Shown in pieces: positions 27,204 to 35,892 of a stretch of 64,000 nt of DNA (positions are counted from its first letter, which is position 1; every line of letters begins with the position of its first letter). The translations under genes and the position numbers were made by a program. Source of the DNA: Elusimicrobia bacterium CG_4_9_14_3_um_filter_62_55 (GTDB lineage: Bacteria; Elusimicrobiota; Elusimicrobia; UBA1565); contig PFUL01000189.1 in NCBI GenBank assembly GCA_002790095.1, positions 5,206 to 69,205 on the forward strand, given 5' to 3'. A model generated the notes under the pieces. That model was given only the letters and a program-made list of their open reading frames with translations, ran no database searches and was not told the DNA's origin.

Positions 27204-29444
27204 GGATCGGAAACCGATCCTGAGTTGAACGGCGGTGGAACCGGGTTGCCTCAGTTGGTGAATCAAATCAATGTAGGCGAGCGGATTACCGAGACGGACG
27301 CGTTGGGACACTCACAAATTTACGAGACCCTCGGGAAAAGCGGTCTTAGAAGAATTACGAAGGTCACGAATGCCGCCGGGAACTCGCAAGCATTCGAGTA
27401 CGACGCCGACATCAACCTGAAGTCGCAGACGGACGAATTGGGTCGGAAGACGGCCTTCAGCTACGACGACAAAGGGAACGTCACGGCCGTCGTCGACCCC
27501 TTAGGGAATGTCACTCAAATCGAATATGGGACCCTGAGCCAGGTCACGGCGTTTACCGACCCCCGCTGGAATCGGACGACGGTCACGCTTGACGCAAAAG
27601 GCAACGCGGTGGAGGTGCGCGACCCGCTCAACAACGCTGTACAAGCGAGAAATCTGAGCGACGGCAGGGTGGCGGCGGCAAAAGACCCGCTGGGCCGTGA
27701 GACTTCGTTTACCTACGACGGCCGCGGCGAATTGGCGACGGTCACCGACGCGCTCGGGCGCACGGTGACACTGGAGCGGGACGCGCTCTCGCGAGTGAGG
27801 AAGCAAATCGGACCGGAAGGGCAGGTCGCCTCGTTCGAGTACGACAACCAGGGGAACGTCACGAAGGTGATCGACGCGATGATGGGCGTGACGGCGATGA
27901 CCTACATCCCGGGACGGGAGGGGAGGCTTTTGGAAAGGGTCGTCGACGCGCGGCACGAAGGCACGGCGATCGGGACGACCTTCGGCTACGACGAGATAGG
28001 CCGGCCTACCTCGGTCACGAACGCGGTGGGCAAGACCCTGACGGTACAGTACGACCTCAAGAGCCGGCCCACGACGATCACGACGCGGCGCGGCCATTCG
28101 ATTTCGATCACCTACGACGCATTGGACCGGCCCATCAAGATCACGGCGCCCGAGGGCGACACGACCTTCGTTTACGACGCGGTCGGCGATGTGACCCGCA
28201 TGGCCAAGTACGACGGGTCGTCGGTCGATTTGGTCTACGACGCTCTGGACCGCGTGACGCAGGCGACGCAGAAGCTGCCGGGTGGGTTTACGGCGACGCT
28301 TTCCTACACATTCGACGCGAACGGCAACCGTACGAGCATGAGCACGCCGTGGGGGAGCTTCAGCTACACCTACGACGTGCTGGATCGCGTGACTTCCATT
28401 TCAAATCCTTTCGGGCAGATTATCCAATTCCAGTACGACGCCTTGGGGCGCCGGACGCAGATGAGCTACCCCAACGGGACGAAGACGAATTACTCTTACG
28501 ACCCCGTGGGGCAGATAGCGCAAATCGTGCATATGAAGACGGGCGAACAGACGGCCTTCGCGTTTAAGAACTACGACTACGACCCCTCGGGCAACCCGAC
28601 GGCGATCACCGACACGGCAGGGGCGCATACCTTCACCTACGACGATCTCGACCGGCTCGAGACGGCTAACCACCCGCCCGCGGCGGGGCTGCCGCGCAAT
28701 TCAGAAAGCTTTACCCACGATAAGGTGGGCAACCGGCTTTCGGACGCGGTGCGTACGGGCTACGCCTACGACGACGCGAACCGCATCCAGTCTGATTCGG
28801 CGTATACTTATACGAGCGACGACGACGGGAATGTGACTTCGAAGACCGATAGAACGACCGGCGAGAGGACGACCTTCGTTTACGACAGCGGGAACCGGCT
28901 GATACGGGTCGAGGCTTCGACTTATACGATTGCGTCCTATCAGTACGGTCTTACGGGCGACCGTGTTGAGAAGATCGTGGGCGGGGCGACGACGCGCTTT
29001 GTGTATGACGGGCGCCGCGTGTTGGCGATCTTGGACGCCTCTAATAATCTGTTGGCCTTGTTTACGAACGGGCCGGGAACCGATGAGCCGCTGATTATGC
29101 GTCGCGGCGGGAATGACTACTTCTATCACCAGGATGCGCTCGGGAATGTTAAGGCGTTGACCGATAGCCAAGGGCAGATTGTCGAGACGGTGCAGTACCA
29201 GGCGTATGGGCGGGCGGTGGTCAAGGACGCGATGGGGAATATGCATGCGGCCTCGACGGTGGGGAATCCGTTCCTTTTTGCGTCGAGGGAGTTGGATGCG
29301 GAGACGGGGCTGTACTACATGCGGCAACGGTATTACGACGCGGAGATTGGGAGGTTTTACTCGGAGGATCCAGTAATTGCGGTCAAATTTGTACGCGTTC
29401 TCTCTAAACAATCCGGTTCTCTTCACAGACCCCCTTGGTCTTGA
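27180..29444 (+). pseudogene. 5'-truncated Rhs/YD-repeat protein fragment (reading frame opens inside repeat copy B)
   Basis: Many YD repeats (FEYDADINL, FSYDDKGNVTAV, TYDALDR...). An in-frame TGA lies 2 codons upstream of the first possible start. The canonical ...YYDAEIGRFYSEDP segment then runs out of frame. Confidence 0.7.
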
Positions 29445-29934
29445 ACCAATTAATCGGGGAACCAACTTCAGTGGAACATGTGGCTGCGATCCGAATCAAT
29501 TTGATGGAATTGACTTCAATGGGGTTGACATCTATGAAAACGCAAATTTTGCCAAGCTGTTGCCAAAATGGAACCCTGCGACATTCCCGATTTACGCCCA
29601 GTTTTTTAGGGATGGGGGCTTGTTTGATTATGGGGAAGCGTGGTATCCCGGGGTTAAGGACCCTGAACTCGAGCAACACCAGGGGGCCATTAATGCGCAC
29701 CGTTTTGGGAACTTCAATTTCGGAGTCATGATGGCTGCCTCCGGCTTCCCCGAACAAGAGGCCTTATGGATCGCAGGGTTTGTGCGTCAAGTGAAGGGAA
29801 GAAACCCTGAGAGAGGCGAGGGAAGTACTGGTATCCCATTTGGGATCAAAGCCAAGTATCCCTTTGGAAACATCCCGGGGCCCGCTAAGGACATCCAAAG
29901 CGGATACGATTTTTACCAACGGTGTATCCGATGA
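29377..29934 (+). CDS. Rhs core terminus (NLYAFSLNNPVLFTDPLGL) plus C-terminal polymorphic-toxin domain of unassigned family; +1 frame relative to the upstream Rhs ORF
   Basis: The DPxGL Rhs cleavage motif is reached only after a 1-nt frame change near 29370-29380. A toxin domain of about 160 aa follows. Local GC is lower than the flanks. Confidence 0.55.
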   Translation: MRSNLYAFSLNNPVLFTDPLGLEPINRGTNFSGTCGCDPNQFDGIDFNGVDIYENANFAKLLPKWNPATFPIYAQFFRDGGLFDYGEAWYPGVKDPELEQHQGAINAHRFGNFNFGVMMAASGFPEQEALWIAGFVRQVKGRNPERGEGSTGIPFGIKAKYPFGNIPGPAKDIQSGYDFYQRCIR

Positions 29935-30470
29935 AAAAGAGATTGGGTGCTCCAAAATTGACACAGAAACCAATATGGCGAACCCTTTTCTCATTCATTG
30001 GATTCTGCATCTTGATTTCAGCATTTCTAATTATCGGAGCCGAGCAGATTCTTCAGAGAAGAGAACGATGGGGGGAAGTTTATTCTCCCGCCAGAACCTA
30101 CGTCGTGACGATAATTCACGAGTCTCCGCGGATCGGATTCTTAGGATACGGGGGTGATGGATTAAGCTACTTCCATTTGGACAAGAGGCGATGGTACGTT
30201 GACTGGATACCAGGGGGTGCAAGAATTTTCGGTTCGGACGTCCTTGTCTTGTACGGCCACGTTCTTCCATATGGCATTACTTGGCTCGATGAAAATCACC
30301 TTCAAATTCGCTTACGTTATCCCATTGAATATGAGTACGACTACTACGGAACCAAGGTTAAGATCTATAGGAACAAGCGGAGCACATGGGGTCAGGTAAA
30401 AATTGGTTTCGGAGTTTTAGGCGACGATGAGACATCTGATCCGAGGGAAGTTACGATTGATCCCAGCTAA
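29931..30470 (+). CDS. Putative cognate immunity protein (membrane-anchored)
   Basis: ATG overlaps the toxin TGA (ATGA). N-terminal TM segment FSFIGFCILISAFLIIGA. AT-rich. Position immediately after an Rhs C-terminal toxin. Confidence 0.45.
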   Translation: MKKRLGAPKLTQKPIWRTLFSFIGFCILISAFLIIGAEQILQRRERWGEVYSPARTYVVTIIHESPRIGFLGYGGDGLSYFHLDKRRWYVDWIPGGARIFGSDVLVLYGHVLPYGITWLDENHLQIRLRYPIEYEYDYYGTKVKIYRNKRSTWGQVKIGFGVLGDDETSDPREVTIDPS

Positions 30471-30548
30471 TTCAAATCGGGAAGAGGATGATGGTTAAGA
30501 GGTTGATCTTGAAGTAACTTAAGATTGTGAAATCTTGGTGGAGGCCCC

Positions 30549-31322
30549 ATGTCTTACCAAACCCCATCAAGCGCCCGTTCGATCCCGACGATACCCCTCG
30601 TCAATCGAGCGTTTGAAAAAGCCGTAAGCCGTTTATTAATCACCGCCGCCCTCCTAACGCCCCTCCAGGCGCTAGCAGCCCCTTCATTCATATCCCCCAA
30701 AACCTTCCGCACCCGTCAACTCACAAAAACCCCGCTCACCCTCATCGACATCCGCCCCCCCGACGCCTACAAGAAGGAGCACATCCAAGGTGCCCTAAGC
30801 GTCCCCCTGGAAACCCTCCGCACCTGGCAGCCGCCGTCGAACGCCCCCATCGTCGTCTACTGCGTCTGCCCCAAAGACGAAGAAGCCGCCGCCATCCTGA
30901 TAGAACGCGGGTTCACCAACACGACGGTGCTCGAAGGCCGGTTCGCCGCGTGGAAGAACGCCGGCTACCCCGTCGTCCGCTACGGCCGCGGGGTCGGGGG
31001 GAAGGACCCGCCGCTGGAGCGCATCGACGCGAAACGCGCGAAACCCAAGGTCGAGGACGGTTCCTTACTCCCGGTCGACGTACGACCCGAGGCCGAGTAC
31101 AGAATGGGACGCCTGCCGGGCGCGGTGCACGAACCGCTGGAGCGCATCCGTCTCGCCGTACCTGCGTTTCCAGAGGGAAAGACTCTGCTCGTGTACGGGC
31201 GGGTCGGTGCGCGCGCCAGGGAGGCCGCGAAGACGCTGAGACAGGCGGGCTATGCCGTGACCGAGCTCTCCGGCGGAATCGCCGGTTGGGCCGCGAAGAA
31301 GTATCCGATGGAGGTCGAATAA
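30549..31322 (+). CDS. Secreted tandem rhodanese-domain protein (second domain lacks catalytic Cys)
   Basis: Two rhodanese folds: domain 1 has Cys in VVYCVCPKD, domain 2 has VYGRVGARA (Cys to Gly). N-terminal hydrophobic signal-like region. Confidence 0.65.
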   Translation: MSYQTPSSARSIPTIPLVNRAFEKAVSRLLITAALLTPLQALAAPSFISPKTFRTRQLTKTPLTLIDIRPPDAYKKEHIQGALSVPLETLRTWQPPSNAPIVVYCVCPKDEEAAAILIERGFTNTTVLEGRFAAWKNAGYPVVRYGRGVGGKDPPLERIDAKRAKPKVEDGSLLPVDVRPEAEYRMGRLPGAVHEPLERIRLAVPAFPEGKTLLVYGRVGARAREAAKTLRQAGYAVTELSGGIAGWAAKKYPMEVE

Positions 31323-31323
31323 G

Positions 31324-31560
31324 GTGAAGCTCGAACGGCTGGGAGTGGCGCTGGCCCTGGTCGCCGCGTTCCCGGTCGAGCCGGAGGCCCAGCTATCGGG
31401 CCCGTACTGCGCGGAGGTCAAGCTCGAAATCGTCCAGGAGGCGACGCTCGAGCGCGAGGCCTTCGACGCGCGCCTCGTCATCGACAACAACGTCGCCGAC
31501 CAGGCCTTCACCAACCTGCGCGTCAGCATCTTCATGAAGGACGAGCAGGGGGCGTCGGCG
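31324..31560 (+). pseudogene. N-terminal remnant of a secreted-protein gene, apparently truncated at the RAYT insertion
   Basis: The GTG start sits 1 nt after the rhodanese stop. A signal peptide is followed by about 60 aa of plausible sequence. The frame then runs antisense into the RAYT 3' end and becomes Arg/Pro junk. Confidence 0.3.
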
Positions 31561-32485
31561 AATCGCACCCGCCGTCGGCGGCCTGAAAAATCCCGCCTTC
31601 CGCCTCCCCAAGTTCCCGCAACGCCACCTGCCCCATCTTCACAATCGCCGAATGACACCGGTTCAGATAGCGCGCAAGATCGACCGTTCTCTCGCCGTCA
31701 TTAAGCGCCTCCAGCACGAAGCGGCGCCGCACCGACGAAAGAAACCGATTCTTTCCCCGGCCCCGTAGGTCTTTGACACCGACCCCATACCGGCGACTGA
31801 ACCGCAGCGCCCTCTCCTCGAGCGGCTCCCTAACCCGCAACCGCGGCCCGGCCTCGGCGATGACCCGGGCCTGCTTCACTTCGTCCGGTTCGTCCGCCGT
31901 GTCCTCCGCCTTGAAGGGATCGACGACAATTTCCGGATTTTTGATTCCCGCGAGAACGTATCGTCGATACGCGTCCCGAGCCGCAGCCGGAGTTTTACCG
32001 AAGAAACTTAAGCCGAATTTCGGATTGATTCCGGCGATGACGCGCCGTCCCAGATACACGCCGTGGCTCGACCAAGGCCAATCGGCGGGGTCCTCCACAA
32101 GCCCGGCGCGAAGCGGATTCAAATCGTTGTAGCGCAGCAGTTCCATGAAGTAGTCGTCTCCTCCGCAGAGGATCGACTTATAGCGATCCTGAAACAGATG
32201 TCCGCGCCTGCCGTACTTTTTGTTGAACGCCTTCGAGTAGCGGCTCAACAGCACCCGCATGATCCGGGCCATCGAAACTTCGCCCAACCGAAGCAGCAGG
32301 TGAAAGTGGTTGCCCATCAGACACAGCGACGCGCCCTCGAAATTGAAGCGGCCGGCCACCTCGCCGTAAATCTTGAGGAACAGCCACCGGTCGGCGTCAT
32401 CCAAGAAGATCGGCTGACCGTCGTTTCCGCGCGCCATGACGTGGTGGATGGTCCCCGGCGCGTCCCATCTCGGCTTGCGTGCCAT
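31532..32485 (-). CDS. IS200-like / REP-associated tyrosine transposase (HUH Y1) with C-terminal DnaA-like HTH region
   Basis: HuH motif GNHFHLLL with conserved downstream Tyr region. WPWSSHG-like C-terminal portion plus an HTH-like tail. Adjacent REP-like repeat. Confidence 0.8.
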   Translation of the reverse strand: MARKPRWDAPGTIHHVMARGNDGQPIFLDDADRWLFLKIYGEVAGRFNFEGASLCLMGNHFHLLLRLGEVSMARIMRVLLSRYSKAFNKKYGRRGHLFQDRYKSILCGGDDYFMELLRYNDLNPLRAGLVEDPADWPWSSHGVYLGRRVIAGINPKFGLSFFGKTPAAARDAYRRYVLAGIKNPEIVVDPFKAEDTADEPDEVKQARVIAEAGPRLRVREPLEERALRFSRRYGVGVKDLRGRGKNRFLSSVRRRFVLEALNDGERTVDLARYLNRCHSAIVKMGQVALRELGEAEGGIFQAADGGCDSPTPPARPS

Positions 32486-32532
32486 GCCGCTTCGTACGAT
32501 TCAGGATCGGAAAGGTTCCCTCTACAATTTTC

Positions 32533-32564
32533 AAAAGTGACAAAGTGACGCCCTGACACCCATA
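32533..32564. repeat. REP-like 32-mer, copy C (reverse complement of copy A)
   Basis: caaaagtgacaaagtgacgccctgacacccat is the exact reverse complement of 27115-27146. Confidence 0.9.
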
Positions 32565-32720
32565 ACAACAATCTAGGTCTTTTGGGGAAGGGAGGTGTTC
32601 CCTTTGGGCCTATTTTCACTTTTACCCGGTTGGGGTAGTATCTAAACACGGGCACCGCCCCAGCCGAGCGAGGCGAATGGTGGATTCGCAGAGGACGGTC
32701 CCGAATTTGGAGGTGGTTCC

Positions 32721-33584
32721 GTGGTTTCCTTTCTCTCTCTCGCCGTCCTAACGACGTCTTTGCTCGCACCGTCCGTTCACGCGCAGCAAAAACCCGACGC
32801 GACCTTCACTCCCGCGATGTTCGAAGCGGCGATGAAGAATCCGAAGCAGTTTACGCTCGATGAAGGATCCGTCGAGATCGTGAAACTTTCCGAAGAGGAA
32901 GCGAAGCAGTATAAACCTACCGACTTCGTCGGCATTCCGAAACCGCCGACCGGGACGGGACCCGGCACGGGACCGACCACGCCGTTCCCCGGCGGCGGCG
33001 GAGACGACACGCTGCGCACGATCGACCAGATCATCAACATCGGCAAGAAGATCTGGGAGATCATCGAGAAGAACAAACCTGTCGTCGACCTGAAAAACGA
33101 CTACGCGACCGCGGTGCCGGAAGGGATCACGCACTGGTCCCAGCTCGAGCGCTGGAACGCTCCGAAAACGACTCTGTACCGTCTCGCGGCGAAAAACGCC
33201 TACGGCATCGAAACCGTCGGAGTCACCTTCGCTGTCATCCGTACCTGGGGCGGGTCCTACAAAGGAAAGGGGAAATTCCTTCACGGCGTGACCGTCGAGC
33301 CGCTGAAAGTCGACGTGCTCTGGGGCTACACGCTGAACATGAACGCGACGATCCCCAGCGTCGTCAACGTCGGAAGCTCCGAAGACCCGATCGCGGCGAT
33401 GACGGTCAAGCTCGGATGGACGATCAAAACCGTCATTAAGGAATCGCAAGGCTCCGGCGTTTACTTCGTTCGAGGCGACGGACAGTTCTCGGACATCGGC
33501 GCTCGGTCGAGCTTCGCGAAATCGAAAGATGGCAAGAATGTTCATAAGAAACTTGAAAAACTCGAGGTTCGCGCGCCTTTCTAG
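32721..33584 (+). CDS. Secreted hypothetical protein
   Basis: GTG start with signal peptide VVSFLSLAVLTTSLLAPSVHA. Pro/Gly-rich linker and a beta-rich C-terminal region. Confidence 0.5.
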   Translation: MVSFLSLAVLTTSLLAPSVHAQQKPDATFTPAMFEAAMKNPKQFTLDEGSVEIVKLSEEEAKQYKPTDFVGIPKPPTGTGPGTGPTTPFPGGGGDDTLRTIDQIINIGKKIWEIIEKNKPVVDLKNDYATAVPEGITHWSQLERWNAPKTTLYRLAAKNAYGIETVGVTFAVIRTWGGSYKGKGKFLHGVTVEPLKVDVLWGYTLNMNATIPSVVNVGSSEDPIAAMTVKLGWTIKTVIKESQGSGVYFVRGDGQFSDIGARSSFAKSKDGKNVHKKLEKLEVRAPF

Positions 33585-33609
33585 AATTAGCTGGGAATTT
33601 TCGACCTAG

Positions 33610-33648
33610 ATCGCCCTCGGGTCTAAGGATCCGGGGGCGATTTATATT
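33610..33648 (+). terminator. Candidate intrinsic terminator
   Basis: 11-bp stem ATCGCCCTCGG/CCGGGGGCGAT (one G-U wobble), a 10-nt loop, then TTTATATT. Confidence 0.4.
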
Positions 33649-33665
33649 GGATTTGACCTGATTTA

Positions 33666-33694
33666 TTGACACTTTTGGAGCGAAATGATAAATT
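33666..33694 (+). promoter_or_regulatory. Sigma-70-like promoter TTGACA-N17-TAAATT (with upstream TG) for the Rieske/cyt b operon
   Basis: Read directly in an AT-rich 175-bp intergenic region, 65 nt upstream of the Rieske start. Confidence 0.4.
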
Positions 33695-33759
33695 AGCTCC
33701 GCTTCCTTGCAGGATAGAATTCCAACACTCAAAAAATCTCTTCATACCTCCCCTAATCA

Positions 33760-34242
33760 ATGGCAAATCCCGTTAAACGCAAAGATTTCCTCTGGATGGG
33801 CTGGGGCGCCTTCGCGGCGTTCCTCGGCGGCGCCGGCGCCGCGACGACCCGATTCTTCGTGCCCAACATCCTTTACGAACCGTCTCAGAAATTCAACGCG
33901 GGAAAGGCCGAAGATTTCCCGATCGGCGTCTCGACCCTGTGGTTCAAACAGCAGCGCGTGTGGATCGTGCGCAGCGCCCAAGGGATCTACGCGCTCTGGG
34001 CGCGCTGCACCCACTTAGGGTGCACGCCCAACTGGTTCATCTCGGAAATGCGCTTCAAATGCCCCTGTCACGGGTCGAACTACAACCCGGCCGGCGACGT
34101 GCTCGCCGGACCGGCTCCGAAGCCGTTGTGGCGCTGCCGCGTCGAGATCACCGCGACGGGCGATCTTGTGATCGATAAGGCTATCCTCGAAAACCGCGCC
34201 GGCGTCCGCGAGAAGGCTCCGTTCTTCGCGGAATACGCGTAA
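33760..34242 (+). CDS. Rieske [2Fe-2S] iron-sulfur protein of a cytochrome bc-type complex
   Basis: CTHLGC and CPCHGS Rieske boxes. N-terminal TM/Tat-like region. Confidence 0.85.
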   Translation: MANPVKRKDFLWMGWGAFAAFLGGAGAATTRFFVPNILYEPSQKFNAGKAEDFPIGVSTLWFKQQRVWIVRSAQGIYALWARCTHLGCTPNWFISEMRFKCPCHGSNYNPAGDVLAGPAPKPLWRCRVEITATGDLVIDKAILENRAGVREKAPFFAEYA

Positions 34243-34253
34243 CCGGAAATTTT

Positions 34254-35888
34254 ATGGCACTTCCCGAAATCTCACTCGATAAAATCGAAAAAGAGGTCAC
34301 GAACTCCCAGATTTGGAAGTCGATGTTCCGAAACTGGCCGTGGCAGGATACCGCCCGTCACCGGGCCCGCCACATCGTCGACAACGTCTGGCTGCACCTG
34401 CATCCGGCGAAGATCCAGCCCCGCGCCCTCCGCTGGACCTTCACCTGGGGACTCGGCGGAATATCCTTCCTGCTGTTCCTCATCCTGACGATCTCCGGCG
34501 TTCTGCTCATGTTCTACTACCGCCCGACGGTGGAACTCGCCTACCAGGACATGAAGGATCTCGAGTTCGCGGTCAGTTTCGGCATCTTCCTGCGCAACAT
34601 GCATCGCTGGTGCGCGCACGCAATGGTGACGGTCGTGATGCTGCACATGATCCGGGTGTTTCTCACCGGTTCCTATAAGAAGCCCCGTGAATTCAACTGG
34701 GCCGTCGGAGTCATCCTGTTAAAGCTGACGCTGTTTTTGTCCTTCACCGGGTACCTGCTGCCCTGGGACCAGTTGGCGATCTGGGCCGTGACGGTCGGCA
34801 CGAATATGGCCGGGGCCACGCCGGTGCTCGGAAACGAGGGGCCGTTCGCGAATCTGCTCGGCATGACGATCTCCAACGACGTGCGCTTCGTCCTGCTCGG
34901 AGGGACGACGGTCGGGGCGAACACCTTGCTGCGCTTCTACGTGATGCACTGCGTCGCCGTGCCGCTCATTACCGGCGCCCTGATCATCCTGCACTTCTGG
35001 CGCATCCGCAAGGACACCTTCTCGGCCGCCCCGTTGGCGAAGAACGAAGAAAAGGCGGACGTGTGGCCCAACCTCGTCGTACGCGAATACATCGCCGCGG
35101 CCGCGGTAACCGCCTTTATCTTCTTCCTCAGTGTTTACGCCAACGCGCCTTTGGAGGAAATCGCAAACCCGAACGTGACGCCCAACCCGTCGAAGGCCCC
35201 TTGGTACTTCGTCGGCCTCCAGGAACTGCTCGTCTACTTCGATCCTTGGATCGCGGGCGTCCTGCTGCCCGGCATCATCATCGGCGGGCTCTGCGCGATC
35301 CCGTACCTCGACACGAGCAAAAAGGGCATCGGCTACTACACCTGGTCCGAGCGTCCGTTCGCCAACGCCCAGTTCATGTTCGGCATCGCTTTCTGGTTCA
35401 TCCTTATCACGATCGGATACTTCTTCCGCGGGCCGAATTATTTCTGGTACTGGCCGTGGGAAAGCTGGTTGGTGCACAAACCCGTGTCGGCTCCGACCTG
35501 GAGTTTTTCACTGCCCGTCGGCGTCACCTTGCTCGCCGCCTACGGCGCGCTCGGGATGACGCTGCCCCGCCTCATCAAATCCGAAATTTGCTGGCGGAAG
35601 GCGTCGGGCGCGTTCCTCGGCCTCTTTGCGCTGGTCGGATTATGGATGAAATTCGGGGGGGATATCTCGACCTGGCGCGTCGTCACGGTCGGGGTACTTT
35701 TGTATTTGACCTTCCTCTTCGGGTTCCTCTACCCGCAGCGCTATATCCGCGACCTCGATCTGCCCCGTTACACGATCACCCAAGCCTTGGTGCTTATGCA
35801 AATGGGCGTACTTGTCAAAATGGGACTGCGGCTCGGGCTCGATGTGAAATACATCCTCGAACTGCCTCAGTTTAACCTGAACATATAA
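34254..35888 (+). CDS. Cytochrome b (long form; cyt b6 + subunit IV-like fusion)
   Basis: Conserved heme-ligating His pairs in TM helices. PEWY-like region [17 protein letters not shown]. 544 aa. Confidence 0.85.
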   Translation: MALPEISLDKIEKEVTNSQIWKSMFRNWPWQDTARHRARHIVDNVWLHLHPAKIQPRALRWTFTWGLGGISFLLFLILTISGVLLMFYYRPTVELAYQDMKDLEFAVSFGIFLRNMHRWCAHAMVTVVMLHMIRVFLTGSYKKPREFNWAVGVILLKLTLFLSFTGYLLPWDQLAIWAVTVGTNMAGATPVLGNEGPFANLLGMTISNDVRFVLLGGTTVGANTLLRFYVMHCVAVPLITGALIILHFWRIRKDTFSAAPLAKNEEKADVWPNLVVREYIAAAAVTAFIFFLSVYANAPLEEIANPNVTPNPSKAPWYFVGLQELLVYFDPWIAGVLLPGIIIGGLCAIPYLDTSKKGIGYYTWSERPFANAQFMFGIAFWFILITIGYFFRGPNYFWYWPWESWLVHKPVSAPTWSFSLPVGVTLLAAYGALGMTLPRLIKSEICWRKASGAFLGLFALVGLWMKFGGDISTWRVVTVGVLLYLTFLFGFLYPQRYIRDLDLPRYTITQALVLMQMGVLVKMGLRLGLDVKYILELPQFNLNI

Positions 35889-35892
35889 GATC

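Larger units (their letters stand above)
27115..32564. mobile_element. Inverted-repeat-bounded cassette: orphan Rhs toxin/immunity + rhodanese + truncated ORF + IS200-like/RAYT transposase
   Basis: Perfect 32-bp inverted repeats at both ends. HUH Y1 transposase 48 nt inside the right repeat. Cargo includes a 5'-truncated rhs and a low-GC toxin/immunity pair. Confidence 0.4.

Noticed and set aside
31065-31658. 197-aa ORF antisense to the rhodanese gene
   Set aside because: Arg/Ser-rich reverse-frame product. It overlaps the motif-supported rhodanese gene.
27115-32564. Classic DDE-type IS element with terminal inverted repeats
   Set aside because: The only transposase present is a HUH Y1 (IS200/RAYT) enzyme, which does not use TIRs, and no DDE motif ORF was found. 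The block is therefore described as a REP/RAYT-associated cassette.
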